From NCBI GenBank assembly GCA_951406725.2, contig OX597833.1:38440001-38504000 (forward strand): 64,000 nucleotides of DNA, in the 5' to 3' direction. Below the pieces are notes generated by a model that was not told the origin of the DNA, ran no database searches, and saw only the letters and a program-made list of their open reading frames with translations. Shown piece by piece: positions 1 to 13,305 of this stretch. Positions within the stretch are counted from its first letter, which is position 1. Each line of letters opens with the position of its first letter. Made by a program: the position numbers and the translations under genes. The DNA is from Octopus vulgaris (lineage: Eukaryota).

Positions 1-385
1 AAAGTAACTTTGTAAAATTGAGGAGTATTTTGTTAACATGTTGTACTGAGTTCAAGTTCTGTGTGCTTGATTCATACTGGATGCAGCTGTTCTTTCAAAG
101 CTCATATATTATTAAGTATTTGAGAGATGGTACCCTCTGGGATAGAATGTTAGTTTAATGCTAACAATATTCTCTGAAGTGGTATTATCTGTTACTGATA
201 AGGTGGTGAATTGTGGTACATAGAATTGTGTTCTGCCCAGAAAGATTGTATGATGCCTGTTCAGAAAGATGGCATCATAGTTGTTGTGACTACAAACTTA
301 TTAGCTATGAGTCTGGACCCAGTATCTTAATTATTCAAGTAAAACCTATTTCAAATAAATAACTTAGAGTATTTAATCAAATGGA

Positions 386-763
386 TACAGGTATGGCTGT
401 GCAGTAAGATGCTTGCTTCCCAACGACATGGTTTTTGGGATCAGTCTCACTGTGTGGGATCTTAGGAAAGACTATATCCCCCAGGCTGACCAAAGCCTTA
501 TGAGTGGATTTGGTTGATGGAAGACTGAGAGAAGCTCATCGTGTATGTGTCTCTTTATGTTTGTTCTTCGCCACCACCACTTGACAAACCTGTGTTAGTT
601 TGTTTATATTCCTGTAACTTGCATGTTCAGCAGAAAGAGGCCGATAGAATAAGTACCAGGCTTAGAAATAAGTCCTGGGGTCAATTTGTTTGATTAAGCT
701 CCATCAAGGCAATGCTCTAGCATGGCTGCAGTCAAATGATAGAAACAAGTAAAAGATAAAAGA
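386..763 (+). mobile_element. tRNA-derived SINE, family A
   Basis: Head ggtatggctgtgcagtaag (A-box-like), body gagtggatttggt..ga(a)actgagagaagc, tail gaaacaagtaaaagataaaaga; colinear with copies at 12384-12771, 53437-53768 and 55262-55652. Confidence 0.85.
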
Positions 764-777
764 TTAAAAAATCTTCA

Positions 778-1004
778 TTAACCATTTAGCATTTAAACCA
801 ATCATATCTGGCCCAAATACTTTACCTGGTTTGTGTCCAAACTGACCAGCTCCAGCTTCTCACACCTACCCTACAATTCATTCTCAAAGTAAATATTCAC
901 ATCATTGAAATCTCAAAGCTGCAGGATAATGCATGATTAATTCAAAATAATGTGAATAAATAAGCATTACATTTGACAAAGTAATCTGAATGCTATTGGG
1001 TTAA
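778..1004. mobile_element. piggyBac-type non-autonomous MITE, family P1
   Basis: ttaa-ccatttagcatt ... aatgctattggg-ttaa: TTAA flanks with CCC/GGG-type terminal inverted repeats; about 10 copies in window. Confidence 0.8.
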
Positions 1005-1364
1005 ATTCAAGTGTGTTATGGAAAGTTTATGAAAAGTCTTGTCTAATCTGTCTTACCAGTGTATGTGCACATTGTAGGGAGATGAGTGAGTTTGAGTTAT
1101 GCATATAAGATTATGCCATGCTATAACTAAATTAACATCTGTGAATATGCCATGCAATAACCAACGTTATATAAATGAAAACCTCTACTTGGAGTGTTAT
1201 AGTTATAAAGAATTAAATTCAAACCTTACTAAACATTTAATATAATCTTATTAAAACTATTTGCTCCGGTAGTATATGCAAGTGTGTGAACATGTATTTG
1301 TGTATGCAAATTTGTAAACACTGCCAACCCATATAAGTGCAAAGAATAAAGAAGCTAAAGTATT

Positions 1365-1655
1365 TTATTATAGCTATTATCATCATCACCATTATTATCT
1401 TAGCCACCACCACCACCAGTATCATGATGACCATCATCTCTGCCACTACCATCACTACTATCATCATCATTATCATCACCATCACAACTACCATCAACCT
1501 CATCATCACCATTATTATTACCACAATCATAGTTTTCATCACCACCATGTGATTTTGCTTATGAGTTGATCAGCCTCTGGATAATTTTGAGACTAATCTG
1601 TAGTATCATCATCAGCACCACCATCACTACTATTACTACCATCATTATCATTTAA
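1365..1655. repeat. Degenerate (CAT/CAC/ATT)n trinucleotide tract
   Basis: catcatcaccattatt.. runs; explains ORFs 1237..1548 and 1337..1552. Confidence 0.85.
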
Positions 1656-2904
1656 GTATTCATTGTTGAAAATTGACCCATTTAAATGGCATCCTAGCCA
1701 TCTCCAATTTGGCAAACACTATTGCACAGCAAGATGTCATTATGTGAACTGGTGCCAGAATATCAAGATTGCTTTTCAGTTATTTAATACAGTCTTATTC
1801 ATCTCTATAATTTAGAATTTCCCCCAATTTCAGGTGTGAGCATAGCATTGATGCAAAATCTTCATGGAAGTCTGTAAGAAACAGATGATTTTTATTTTTT
1901 ACCTCTAAATTGTATATTCGTGTTTTTTCTCACTCATATTTCTCTGTCACTTCAACCTGCATAAAGTTGCAGTTGCTGCTGTTGTTGTTGTTGAATGACC
2001 TCTAAGTTTTCCTCAAGCTAACAGATAGAATGTCCGAATATTTAATTTACAGATCTAGCCATACCGGGTGTGTTCCCTTTAGTTTGTTGCTGTTTAAGTC
2101 CTGGACAGCCCAAACAAGTCCTTCTTCTCTTAAGACTGCTATGATACGAAGGAGATTCAGCTATTTCTTGCAGGTTGAATGACCATATAGAGGTCTGTTC
2201 ATTGGTATGTTCTAATTTAGTTTTTAGTAGATTGTATAGGTTATGGAGTTTATTTGGTCTATATACCATTTTTTTTATATACAGGTAACTCATTATACCA
2301 ATTATTTTATATATTTTCAACACTTATTCCCAGCATTTCCAGAATATTTTGTAGGCACAAGCCTGATTTTGGGATGAGTAACCTTTCTTTGCATTAATTT
2401 GTGACTATATAATTGTATTGTATAATGCTGAGCATATTATTGATGCATACTGAAATTAATAGTACATGAAGAAGGTTATAAAACGTCCGTAATCATATGG
2501 AAGTCATATGGATAAATAAATCTATCTTCACCTCTCACATCTCCTGACTTTATGCTTTATATTACATGTGTGTGTGTGTGTGTGACATATATGTCTTGAC
2601 ATGTTTGCACTTGCTGTAAACAAGACATTGCTGTTCATAAAAATAGTGTTGCATGTTTGCAGTCCTCTGCAAATGCATGCCTGAGTTGTTCATTGTTTGA
2701 TAGACTCGTGGACATTTTACCTTTCTTGGAACCAAATGAGGGTTGGCAAAACAAAGGGCATTCGGCCATATAAAATTCCACCTCAATAAAGTCTTCTGAT
2801 CCATGCAAGCATGGAAAAATAGTTATTAAAATGATAATGATTATGATATTAGTCTTGAATTTTCTACATTTGTTAGCATTACTCGTTAATACTAATTAGA
2901 AATA

Positions 2905-3260
2905 ATAATCCTCTTTTTTGCTACAGGTACAAGGCTTGAAATTTGTGGGAGGAGTTAGTTGAATACATTACCACCAATGCTCAACTGGTACAGTGCCTAA
3001 GAGGATGAAAGGCAAAGTTGATCTTGGCAGAATTTGAACTCAGAGGACAATAATGATTTCAAATTTTGGCACAAGGCCAGCACATTCAGGGATGGGGCTA
3101 TTTGATTACATCAACCCCAGTGCTCAACTGGTACATATTTTATCAACCCCAAAAGAATGAAAGTTAATCTTGGTGGCATTTGAACCCAGAATGTAAAAGT
3201 AGACAAAATGCTTATCAGCATTTTGTCTGGTGCAGTAACAATTCTGGCAGCTCACTGCCT
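2905..3260 (-). mobile_element. Two adjacent tRNA-derived SINEs, family B
   Basis: Reverse complement of ggcagtgagctgccagaatt..gttcaaat..ctttcat..aagtaccagttgagcactggggt; copies at about 2905-3045 (truncated) and 3055-3260. Confidence 0.8.
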
Positions 3261-3851
3261 AAATGCAGAACATAATAGCAACAGCAACACCAACTACAAT
3301 GATATCAGCAATTTCTAACATAGATACAAGGCCACAAATCAATTAAATCTACCACAATATTTGGCTAGGCACACTTGATTCCAGGATTTAAATTCAGAGC
3401 TGTAACCAAATGCTATTAGGAATGATACTTTATGATGATGATGATAATAATGATGATTCTAATGCTGTAAAGATATTTTTCCAATCCATACTGTTACTTT
3501 ATGCATCCCAAAAGGATAAAAATCACAGTAGTCAACTTCTGCAGAATTTAACCTTAGAATATAAGAGTAAGTAAATGTTGCCAGGTATTTTCTTAACTGC
3601 TCTACCAATTCTGATAATGATGATTTCTTTATTTTAACAACATCAGTTTTTATGACAGGAGAGGATGTTGTCAGTTGAAATTAACTTCACTACAAATTTT
3701 ATCAGTCCTTGGCAGTGTAAAAGGGAAATACATGTTTGGTAGGAATTAAACTAAAATCAATAATAACCCAACTGCATTAACAAATTAAAGCACCTTCATC
3801 TTAGACATCAGTGAGACAATCATTTTTACATTAAATATTAGACTGTATAGT

Positions 3852-4067
3852 TTAATCCTTTTGTTACCGTATTTCTAATGAAATATACTGCCTTTGTTTC
3901 AATTAATTTTGAAATTGATGAAGAATTTAGTAAAATAGATTTAAGCTGGTGTTTAGAATAAATTAACATAACATTTTGAAGGAAGGTTTTAATTTAGAAT
4001 ACTTTGAAAGAGGAAATTTGTATCAGAATCGAGGCAGTCTCTGGTAGGTTAGTACCAAAATGGTTTA
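3852..4067. mobile_element. piggyBac-type MITE, family P2
   Basis: ttaatccttttgttacc ... gtaccaaaatggttta; reverse-complement match to 6477-6891 and 22900-23111. Confidence 0.75.
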
Positions 4068-4389
4068 CCTGAAATCAATGTTGGCCTTATAGTCGAATAT
4101 TTGTCAGTGTGTCCTTATCACCAGCACCATGTTATGTCTTTGCTAAAGATGCTTGACTTTTAATAATTAATGAATCTTGAAATCTGCACTATTAGCAACA
4201 TACAGATCATTGCTGATGGATATTATTACACAGTTGAGTGATATTTTGTTAGCTTACGGTTATTAATTCATACCCTACAAGAGTTTAATATTCTGTGTAA
4301 TAATAGATGAAGCAGAACTGCCTCTTTAGTATTCTTTAGTTCCAGAAAGCATGAATTTCTGTTGTGGGAATAGTGCTTGTTGTATTTAA

Positions 4390-5400
4390 AAAGGCATTTG
4401 TGGGAACATCAGCCATTTGATAGTATTAACTTTGAGTATCTGTGGAAGTTCTTTTCAAGATTGATTGTCCACCTGATTTTGTAGATATCAATTTAAAGAA
4501 AAGTCAATTGACTGAAAGATTCAGTTTCAGATTAATTGCAACATTTTCAACATTCACTGACTTTTTGCTAAAACAAAATGATGAGAAATGCTTATGCATC
4601 TGCTCTTTGCAGATAACTGTAGCTTTGTTGAAGGTATTCAAGGAAACCTGGATTTCTCAGCTGTTGCAAAGAACTTTGTTCCCTAAGTCAGCATAAGAGA
4701 GATTGGAATCATTTATCAAATCCAGACCTAGATCTTGATGTTTCCCAAGTAATCCAGAAATCACTGTTGATGGAAATGTGCTAAAAGTGGTGGAGGATTT
4801 TGAGAAAATGCAGCATCCAGTAAACTATATATCTCCATGTCTCCTCCAGAACTGGTAAAGCAAGTGTTGTTTTGGCAGCCTGACAAATCAACTTTGCAAT
4901 AATCCAGATATTTCACTGCATATGGAGAGTCAAACATATAAAGCTGTGATCTTAACTGAAACTATTGTATGGTGCAGAATTATGGACCCTGTACTACAGG
5001 TAGATAAAGCAATTACACACTTTCCATTGTTGCTATCATTAGAAAATCTGTAAGATCAAGAAGCAGGACATGATACTCAATATAGATGTCCTATTTTGCT
5101 GTAAAATTGGTGGCGTGCAGATACTGAGACATCAACTTCACTGGTGTGATCATGTGAGTGGATTGGATCTAAAGATGATAAAAATCCCAAAGTAGTCGTT
5201 GATGACCATCTTGCTAGTCATAGATATTTTAGCAAGTATTTTTTTGGAGTACCTCTGAAACAAAATTTGAAGATGTGTCATATTAACGAAACCATGGCTT
5301 CATTCAATTGTGTTAGAGAATTTATTGCATGAAGGACATTGAACTCTTTGAATCGACTTCTATTGAAACCTTTGAAGTGAAAAGTAGAAGGGAGAATATA
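4390..5400 (+). mobile_element. Decayed RTE-clade LINE reverse transcriptase fragment (BovB-like)
   Basis: Frameshifted translation gives AFDSINFEYLW, CPPDFVDI, HLLFADN (FADD motif, ~4600), PEITVDGNVLKVVEDF, YKAVIL..LLYGAELWTLY, ILRHQLHWCDHV; stops and indels present. Confidence 0.85.
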
Positions 5401-6129
5401 CAAACAGACTCAAAAGTGAACATTTTATTTCTATTTTGATTTTTGTAATATTTCACTGTTACAGTCAATGTCAGTTTAAAGTTAAATTTTTACTACGTTT
5501 TTTTTTTCTATTTTAAGAATTTAAAAGTATAACTCTGAAACACTTGTAACAAGTATTATAGAAGATTTCTAATAGGCACAAGATGATACATTTAAGGGGA
5601 GGAATTTACAGTCAATTAAATAGTACCCAGTTCTTGACTGCTGTTACTCATATTGATTCTGGAAGAATGGAAGGCAAATGTTGACTTTGGCAGAGTTTAA
5701 ACTCAGAACATATGGATCTATATTTGCTGAATGGCTTAAACACAAAATTGGACATATATGCACACATATATCATGTACATCCCATGAGAAAATATTCAGA
5801 GTAGACAGTATGCATTATTAAAGTAGATTGTCGCCAAAAAGCCTTGCACTATGAAACAAAATATCAAAATAAGTTGATAACATTTTTGAACAGCCATCAC
5901 TTTCTCTTACCAGTAATTGTCTTTACTGCTATTCATCACTTGCTCTCTTATTAACAAACTCCCATCTCTTCTTCCACATTAACCCCCTGCCAATACTATT
6001 ACTCTTCTATTACTTCTTTCAACACTGTCTCTTTCATCACTATCTCTTCCTTCATCCTGTCACTTTGTTTCTCTCACCAGAGCCTGACTTCCTTCACTCT
6101 CACACTCAATCTGATATGCCAGCAAAAAG

Positions 6130-7700
6130 AGGATCTGAAAATAAAAGATTTGCCAGTGTTCTGTGAATGGAGAATCAGAGAGATGAAATGTTCTGGATTA
6201 TAAAGTTGTGTGTCAGTGTAAATTAAGATCTCAAATATCGGAATAGTACATATGGAATGATAGTGCACATTTATTGTCACTGTTGATGAGTCTTGGGCAT
6301 ATTGTTATTAGAGGTTGCTGAATGAGAAAATTGTTGGAGAGAAATGGTGTACTCTAATTAGACCAGTTATACAGATGAAAATGCAATATGAAGATAGGGA
6401 CAGCTGATGGACTAACAAAAATAGTCACTGAGATACTGAAAATATCCAAAATTGAACAGACTAGTCAATTGCATAGTTAACCCTTTTGATATCAACCTAC
6501 TTCAAAACTGCCTCTGGTTCTGTTATATAAGCTTCCTGTCTTAACTCTTTAGCACTCAGATTTCTCTATCAAATGTAATGCTTATTTATTTATTGTTTTG
6601 AATTAATCATACATTGTAGCTTTGAAATTTCGATGATGTGAATGTTTATTTTTAGAATGACGTTGTAAGGTAGGTGTGAGAGACCTGATCTGGTCAGTTT
6701 TAACATAGGCCTGTTATGGCTGTGTTGAGATCATTATTGAAACTTTCCATCAAAATTTCATGTTAATTTATGTTCCAGACACTAGCTTAATAATGACAGT
6801 CATTTTACTGAACTTTTCATTATTTTCAAATTAAAGGAAAAAAAAAAAAAAGCAGTGTATTTCAACAGAAGTATGATGACAAAAGGGTTAAACAGGTAGT
6901 ACAAGGATGTCTCATGCATAGTAACTCATGCAGTGGTATTGCCAATTGCTATGGAAAGAAAGAAAATGCTCTAGAAAGAAGCACCTACAGAAACATCAAA
7001 TTATAGACCAGGTTACAAAAATAATAGAAACAATTAAAACACAACTGATTAGGAAAAAAGTTAGGTAAGATGAGATGAAATTCAGGTTTGTGTTTGGATG
7101 AAGTACAACTGATGGTTTTTTTTTCTATAAGAACATCCCACTACAACTAACATTTATCAATCCAGATAAAACTTTTTGACTTAGTCTTGTAGTGTGGTAG
7201 TCACTAGGAAAACAAGGGTTGCAAGAGCTGTACAAGCCATATGTATATGGATGCTGTAAACAAGGTGAAAGTTAGTAAGAACATTGACATGTGGGTAAGT
7301 GTCCATCAGTGAGAAATTTCACATCAACCAAGGTTCAGTTCTCAGCCCTCTTCTGTTCATCAGGTCGTAACAGATGGAGTTTAAAACTGAATTTTCATGG
7401 GAACTCCCACTTGTTGATGGGCTAGTTCTCGTAGCTGAATCTTTCAAAGATTTACTTAGAAATAACAAATATGGAAGTAAAGCCTAGAATTGAGAAGCCT
7501 TACAGTAAATCTAGCTATATGTTTTAGTTAGCACAAAAAAGACAGGACTCTGCTATCATCAGGGAAGTGGCCATAATTGTTATGCACAAAAGATTCAATA
7601 GGAAGAAAAAGATTGTTCAGGAAAAAGACTGGCATTGTATGAAATGCAGTGGGATCACAGTCAGATTCTGCATAGGAAGAAATATTTCACAGAATATATA
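6130..7700 (+). mobile_element. Second decayed RTE-clade LINE RT fragment, split by a MITE insertion
   Basis: Remnants ALERSTYRNIKL, DEMKFRFVFG*STTD, QGSVLSPLLFI, WELPLVDGLVLVAES (decayed YADD region); interrupted at a TTAA by 6477-6891. Confidence 0.8.
6477..6891. mobile_element. piggyBac-type MITE P2 containing a nested P1 copy (about 6541-6725)
   Basis: ttaa-cccttttg ... caaaaggg-ttaa; an internal ttaactctttagcactcaga begins the P1 sequence. Confidence 0.85.
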
Positions 7701-7703
7701 CTT

Positions 7704-8200
7704 AGGTGCAGACATGGCTGTGTAGTAAGAAGTTTGCTTTTCAGCCACATGGTTCTGAGTTCAGTTCTGCTACATGGCATCTTGGGGTAAGTGTCTTTTA
7801 CTATAACCCGGAGCCAACCAAAATCTTGTGAGTGGATTTGGTAGATGGAAACTGAAAGATGTACATACGTGTCCCAGCATGATTACAGCCTTAGGGCTGA
7901 AATGTGTAAAAGAGTAAAAGAATATATATACATACTTATTGCTTTTCAAGCTGGTATGGTTTGGATGGTTTGACAAGGAGCTGGCATCTTTGGCAAAGTT
8001 TCCATTGCTAGATGCTCTTCCTATCATCTTCCACTTCTACAGAGTGTACTGGGTGTCCCCACCATCACTTGGCAACCAGTATTGTTTTGTTTATGTCCCA
8101 CATAACTTAGCATTTTGGCATAAGGAACCAATAGAGTAAATATCTGGCTTATATAAAAAAAAGTACTGAGATCGCAGTCCAATGACTGAAACAAGTAAAA
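7704..8200 (+). mobile_element. SINE family A, interrupted by other repeat fragments
   Basis: Head ggtgcagacatggctgtgtagtaag..gagttcagttc at 7704-7860; tail ..gactgaaacaagtaaaaga ending ~8200. Confidence 0.75.
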
Positions 8201-8336
8201 GAAGGTATTTACTAGGTCAAAGTCACCAAAGATGTTACGATGTTGCCAGTTGTTGGAGTCATCAAATTCCACTTGAATGTTCAGAATGATCCTACAGTTC
8301 ATATTTGACTGCTTTTACACATAGCTGTGCATAAAA

Positions 8337-8375
<39 letters not shown>

Positions 8376-8571
8376 TCTTGTGGCTTAGCCTCAAATCATA
8401 CCTGGTCTAATAACATTGTGATCAGAAGAATTCCAGTAATGATCCTTCATTGAAATCAACAATTTTATTTGTTTGTATATTGTAAAAATTTCTCATCATT
8501 TGAGAGAGATATACAAGTGTTATGTATAGTAGGTCATGTGACTACTTAGAGGCTCTTTTTGTATATTATAT

Positions 8572-8745
8572 ATCATCATCATTTAATGGTCTCCTTTTAC
8601 ATGCTGGCATAGGTAAGGCAATTCAATATGAATAGAGCAAGAGGGTTGTGCCAAGTTCTAATGTCCGCTTTGGTATGATTTATACAGCTGGATGCCCTTC
8701 CTAATACCAACCACTTCACTGAGTGTACTGGGTGCTTTTTTTTAC
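8572..8745 (-). mobile_element. RTE 3'-end-related short element (family C)
   Basis: (cat)n tail and ctggatgcccttcctaataccaaccac, the reverse complement of gtggttggcgttaggaagggcatccag. Confidence 0.7.
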
Positions 8746-9047
8746 ATATTTATATATATTTTAAGATTTCTCTTAGGCATAGTGATATATGCATGTGCAC
8801 GCGCGCGTGCACACACACACACACACACGTCTATGTGTTTTAGTTGGTGTAATAGCTAATATTAGACAAACCATACTCACATGCACAATAAACACATAAA
8901 CATGATGTGCAGACAGTATTTATAGAAAAAAAAATATGTAGAATGATTCCGTTTGTTCTAAAGCTTATTTCTTGAAAAGAAAAATTATCTTTGCATAATT
9001 TCTTTAAATTTTGCCTTCTATTTTCTTTAAAAATTTTTTTTTCCTCT

Positions 9048-9048
<1 letters not shown>

Positions 9049-9085
<37 letters not shown>

Positions 9086-9092
9086 CTTCTTC

Positions 9093-9122
<30 letters not shown>
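9049..9122. repeat. (AAT)n immediately followed by (ATT)n microsatellite
   Basis: Read directly; self-complementary arrangement. Confidence 0.95.
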
Positions 9123-9123
<1 letters not shown>

Positions 9124-10231
9124 TGTTGTATCTTTTATCCTCATTTTTTTTTTATTCCCTTTTTTTATGAAATCTCTGTAAGTGAGGCCTGGAACTAAAT
9201 TGTTTCATCAGACGTATTATAAATCGATCTGTACTTGGGACGGTGTCCAACTATTTCAACGAGTAGCTTTTATATAATTTTCCTTTCAATAATACTTGTT
9301 AGACCAGATCAAAGTCTTGTTAAATGCAGTCCTTGTGTGTGTGTGTATGTATGAATAATTGGTGTTGGGGAAGGTTATTGGTCACCTGCTTAAGAATCTC
9401 CCTCCCCTCAGTCCCTTCTTTCTCCACCCCAAATTCCTGCTATTTCTCTATTGCTACTTTTACATCTTCTAACATTTCTCTAAGCCAATAAAAATGCCTT
9501 AAGTAGTGCAGACAGTTTCACCTGTCCATTTCTTTTTGTAAAACTGTTTTTGCATTGATTTATTCCATGCTAACAAGGAGGTGATAGATTCCTGAAGATT
9601 TCAACATTTGTATATTGTTTTTGGACTATCCGAGTAGTTAGTTGCCTATCCACTGCTACAATATAACCATATAGCTGTTGTGGAACCTGTTCTCAGTCCA
9701 ATAGACTGCTAACCATTTAGTCATATAGTAGTGGAACCTGTTCTCAGCCAAGCAGATCGTGGCTTTATTTAGGAACACCTGCACCTAGAATTAATCCAGG
9801 AAGTAAGCTTCTACAGGTATACTTGGAGATTGTGAAGAGGATTTCACTGGAAATGAAAAAAACTGTCCTCCAGTTGTTTCAACTGCATTGAACCTTGACA
9901 GTGGTAGGTGCTGCTTAGTGAGAGATACTTGTTGCAGAAAGTGGGAGATTTCAGTGTTCAGATGACTGTTATCAGAATTGCAAATATTCAAGGCAGATGA
10001 CAAGGTGCAGTACATCAGAACCTATCTAATTCATGTCAATATACGTCATCATAAATACTTGTGTGTGTGTTACACATGCACATACATTAAAAAAAAGGTA
10101 CTGAATACATATAAGAGAGTGTATGTGTGATGCAGATTTAGTTGTTCAATGGAAGAAAGGTAAAAGAAAAAAACAAACTAAAAAACTACTTGATACCTCT
10201 AGAACTTATTTATTTGGAGTTGCTTTGAGTT

Positions 10232-10932
10232 TATTACCCCTTTTGGGGGTCGATGAAATAAGTACCAGTTATGTACTGGGGTCGATGTAATTGACTTATT
10301 CCCCTCCCCCCACCCCAAAAGAAGTTCAGACCTTGTGCCTATAGTAGAAAGGATTATTATTATTATTATTGTCATCGTCATCATCATCATCATCATCATC
10401 ATCACTATCAATCTAGCAGAATAGTTAGCATGCTGATCAAACTACTTTATGGAATTTCTTCCAGCTTCAAAATCTAATGCAGCCAACTTTGCCTATAAGC
10501 ACCAGTTGAACACTGGTGCCAATGTAATGTCACATAAAATTCTTAGAAAATATTTAATGGCATTTCTTCTTGCTCTTACATTCTAAGATCAAATTCCGCC
10601 AAATTTTCAGGGTCAATAAAATAGGTGCCAGTTGAACACCAGGGTCAATGTAATCAACTCATCCTCTCTCCCAAAAATGCTGCCCTTGTGGCAAAATTTG
10701 AAACCATTATTATTATTATTAAGGCTGTGATCTGGTAGAATTGTTAACATGCCAGGCAAAATGCCTAGTGATATTTCGCCTGTTGCTTTGTTCTGAGTTC
10801 AGTTTCTGCTGAGGACAACTTTGCCTTTCATCCCTTTGGGGTCGATAAATTAAATACCAGTGAAACACTGGGGTTTATGTAATCGACTAGTCCTCTCCTA
10901 CAAAAATTTCAGGCCTTGTTCCCTTAGAGAGG

Positions 10933-10985
<53 letters not shown>
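10232..10985 (+). mobile_element. Head-to-tail cluster of about four SINE-B copies separated by (ATT)n/(CAT)n tails
   Basis: Repeated ggggtcgat(a/g)aa..aagtaccagt..actggggt cores; best copy 10721-10935, followed by (ATT)n to 10985. Confidence 0.8.
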
Positions 10986-11938
10986 TAGAGTTGCTTGTTA
11001 TAGATGGGTTTTTATGAACTTGTTTCTGAAAAATATCAGATAATTTTCCAAATTCAATATTTTTCATTTTTTCTGATGTTTAATTTTCTTTTTGCTGTCA
11101 GTAGGAGCTATGGGGTTGAGAGCAGTTATTGGGTTGCTACAGTAGGAGCCAGGAAATTGTATCAACTCTGACTAGATATAAATTGTAATGCATTAAAATT
11201 TCCAAATTAACAGATGCAGTACTAGATCAAATGTCTGGCAAGCTTGGGATTGAAGTGTACTGGGTTTCTGGAGTTTCTGGTTTTCTGGATACAGCCTAAA
11301 TAGGTACTTAAAACGTAAAATAAACTATGAAAAGTAAAGAGTTAAATTGTATTTACCAGATTCTAGTAAATACTCTTGTAAAGTGGGGTCTGTTTGATAT
11401 TTATTAATCCATTTAAAATTTTTAAAATATATCATACAACATATATACAGTGTAAAGTTTATAAGATGAAAATTAAATTAAAGAAAAGTAAAGAATGTAA
11501 TTTTATTTAACAGTTACAGGTACAAAGTAATACAATTATCAAGCAGAATATGTTTAATCTTTACCAGTCCCACTTAAAACAAAACTATTTTTGACACACT
11601 TTTATGCAAATTAGCCAACTTCAAAAACAGGGCCTGTTACTCACTACAAGGTACAGTATATTACACAGTATTGCATAGCATTTTCAATTTTCTGAAAATT
11701 CTGGATTTCTGGAAGCTGGATAAGAGGTTTGAAATTGTATTTATTTATTTTCATCTCTGAAAATAATCAAGGTCTTCTTTGAAATATGTGGTGAAAGGAA
11801 TTCCATTTCTAAGAACAGAATGTTAGTAAATTTTCAGTTTGTGCTTTGAAATTAACCTGTATTCTAAAGATAGTTTTTCATTAATAAATTTAGTTGGGGT
11901 AAGCCTTTCAGTATTTTCCAATATTATTTCTATTTCAT

Positions 11939-12166
11939 GTAACCCTTTAGCATTCAGGTTACTCAGTCAAATTTAATGTTTATTTATTCACATTGTTTTG
12001 AATTAATTATGTTTTATCTCGTAGTTTTGGGATTTCGATATAGCAATTACTTATTGTTAGAATGCTGTTGTAGAGTAGATGTGAGAGGCCAAATCTGGCC
12101 AGCTTCAACATAAAACACGGTATTTGAAGAACCTGATATGATTAGTTTATAATGCTAAAGGATTAA
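11939..12166. mobile_element. piggyBac-type MITE P1
   Basis: taaccctttagcatt ... aatgctaaaggga-ttaa. Confidence 0.8.
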
Positions 12167-12383
12167 TGTAAATTTGGCTACATTCACTTAAATTGTATAT
12201 TCAGACAATACTTTAAATTTGTAAAAGAAGGGTTATGCATATAATTGTATTTAGTTTTTGTAAATGGCTTTTTGTTAAGTTACTTGAGGCATTCAGTCTC
12301 TTACATATAATTTTGATATAATTTTGATTTTTGGATGGTAAACAGTGATATTTTTCATTTTCTCTTATAGTATTTTTAAAGAT

Positions 12384-12771
12384 TACTCTTTTACTTGTTT
12401 CAGTCATTTCACTGTGGCCATGCCTTTAGTCGAGCAAATTGACTACCTTAGTCGAGCAAATTGACTCCAGGACTTATTCTTTGTAAGCCTAGTACTTATT
12501 CTATCAGACTCTTTTGCTGAACCGCTAAGTTACAGGGATGTAAACACACCAGCATCGGTTGTCAAGCGATGTTGGGGGGACAAACACACACACACATACA
12601 TTTATACGATGGGCTTCTTTCAGTTTCTGTCTACCAAATCCACTCACAAGGCTTTGGTCAGCCCCAGGCTATAGTAGAAGACACATTTGCCCAAAGTGCC
12701 ACGCAGTGGGAATGAACCCGGAACCATGTGGTTGATAAGCAAGCTACTTACCACACAGCCACTCCTGCACC
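12384..12771 (-). mobile_element. Full-length SINE family A
   Basis: Reverse complement starts ggtgcaggagtggctgtgtggtaag with B-box-like gggttcattccc and ends gaaacaagtaaaagagta; contains a small internal tandem duplication (~12425-12467). Confidence 0.9.
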
Positions 12772-12884
12772 TATGATTATTTATTTTTTTCATATTCTTT
12801 TACTTCAAGCCTTTTGATAAAAAGAGTCTCTTTTGATCTTATAGATTTTGTCTTATGTTTAGTTAATTACTTGTATCTTTAATA

Positions 12885-13272
12885 TCATCATCATTTAATA
12901 TCTACCATACTTTTCCATGTTTGCATGGGCTGGGATGGAGATATTTGAGGTAGATTTTCTATGGCTGGATGTCCTCATCTGTTTCTAATCATGGTAATAT
13001 TTCCCCATAGCCAGACATGTTCTTGCGAAAGATTGCAAATAAATGACTCTGAATGGGTGACAATGATATCATTCACAACAATTACATAATATAGGAATAC
13101 ATATGCACGCATGCACAATGGACTTCAGTTTCTTGCTACCAAATCCACCCACAGTTTTGGTTTGCTTGGTACTATAGTAGAAGATACTTGCCCAAGGTAC
13201 CATGCAGTGGAACTGAACCCAGAATCATGTGATTTGGAAGCAAACATCTTATGAAATAGCTATACCTGTGCC
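12885..13272 (-). mobile_element. Family C fragment plus SINE-A 5' half
   Basis: (cat)n, ttttccatgtttgcatggg, then ccaaatccaccc..tgcccaagg..gaactgaaccc. Confidence 0.65.

Positions 13273-13305
<33 letters not shown>

Noticed and set aside
9791-10015. 74-aa minus-strand ORF in non-repetitive sequence
   Set aside because: No recognisable domain and no pyrimidine tract before it; insufficient support
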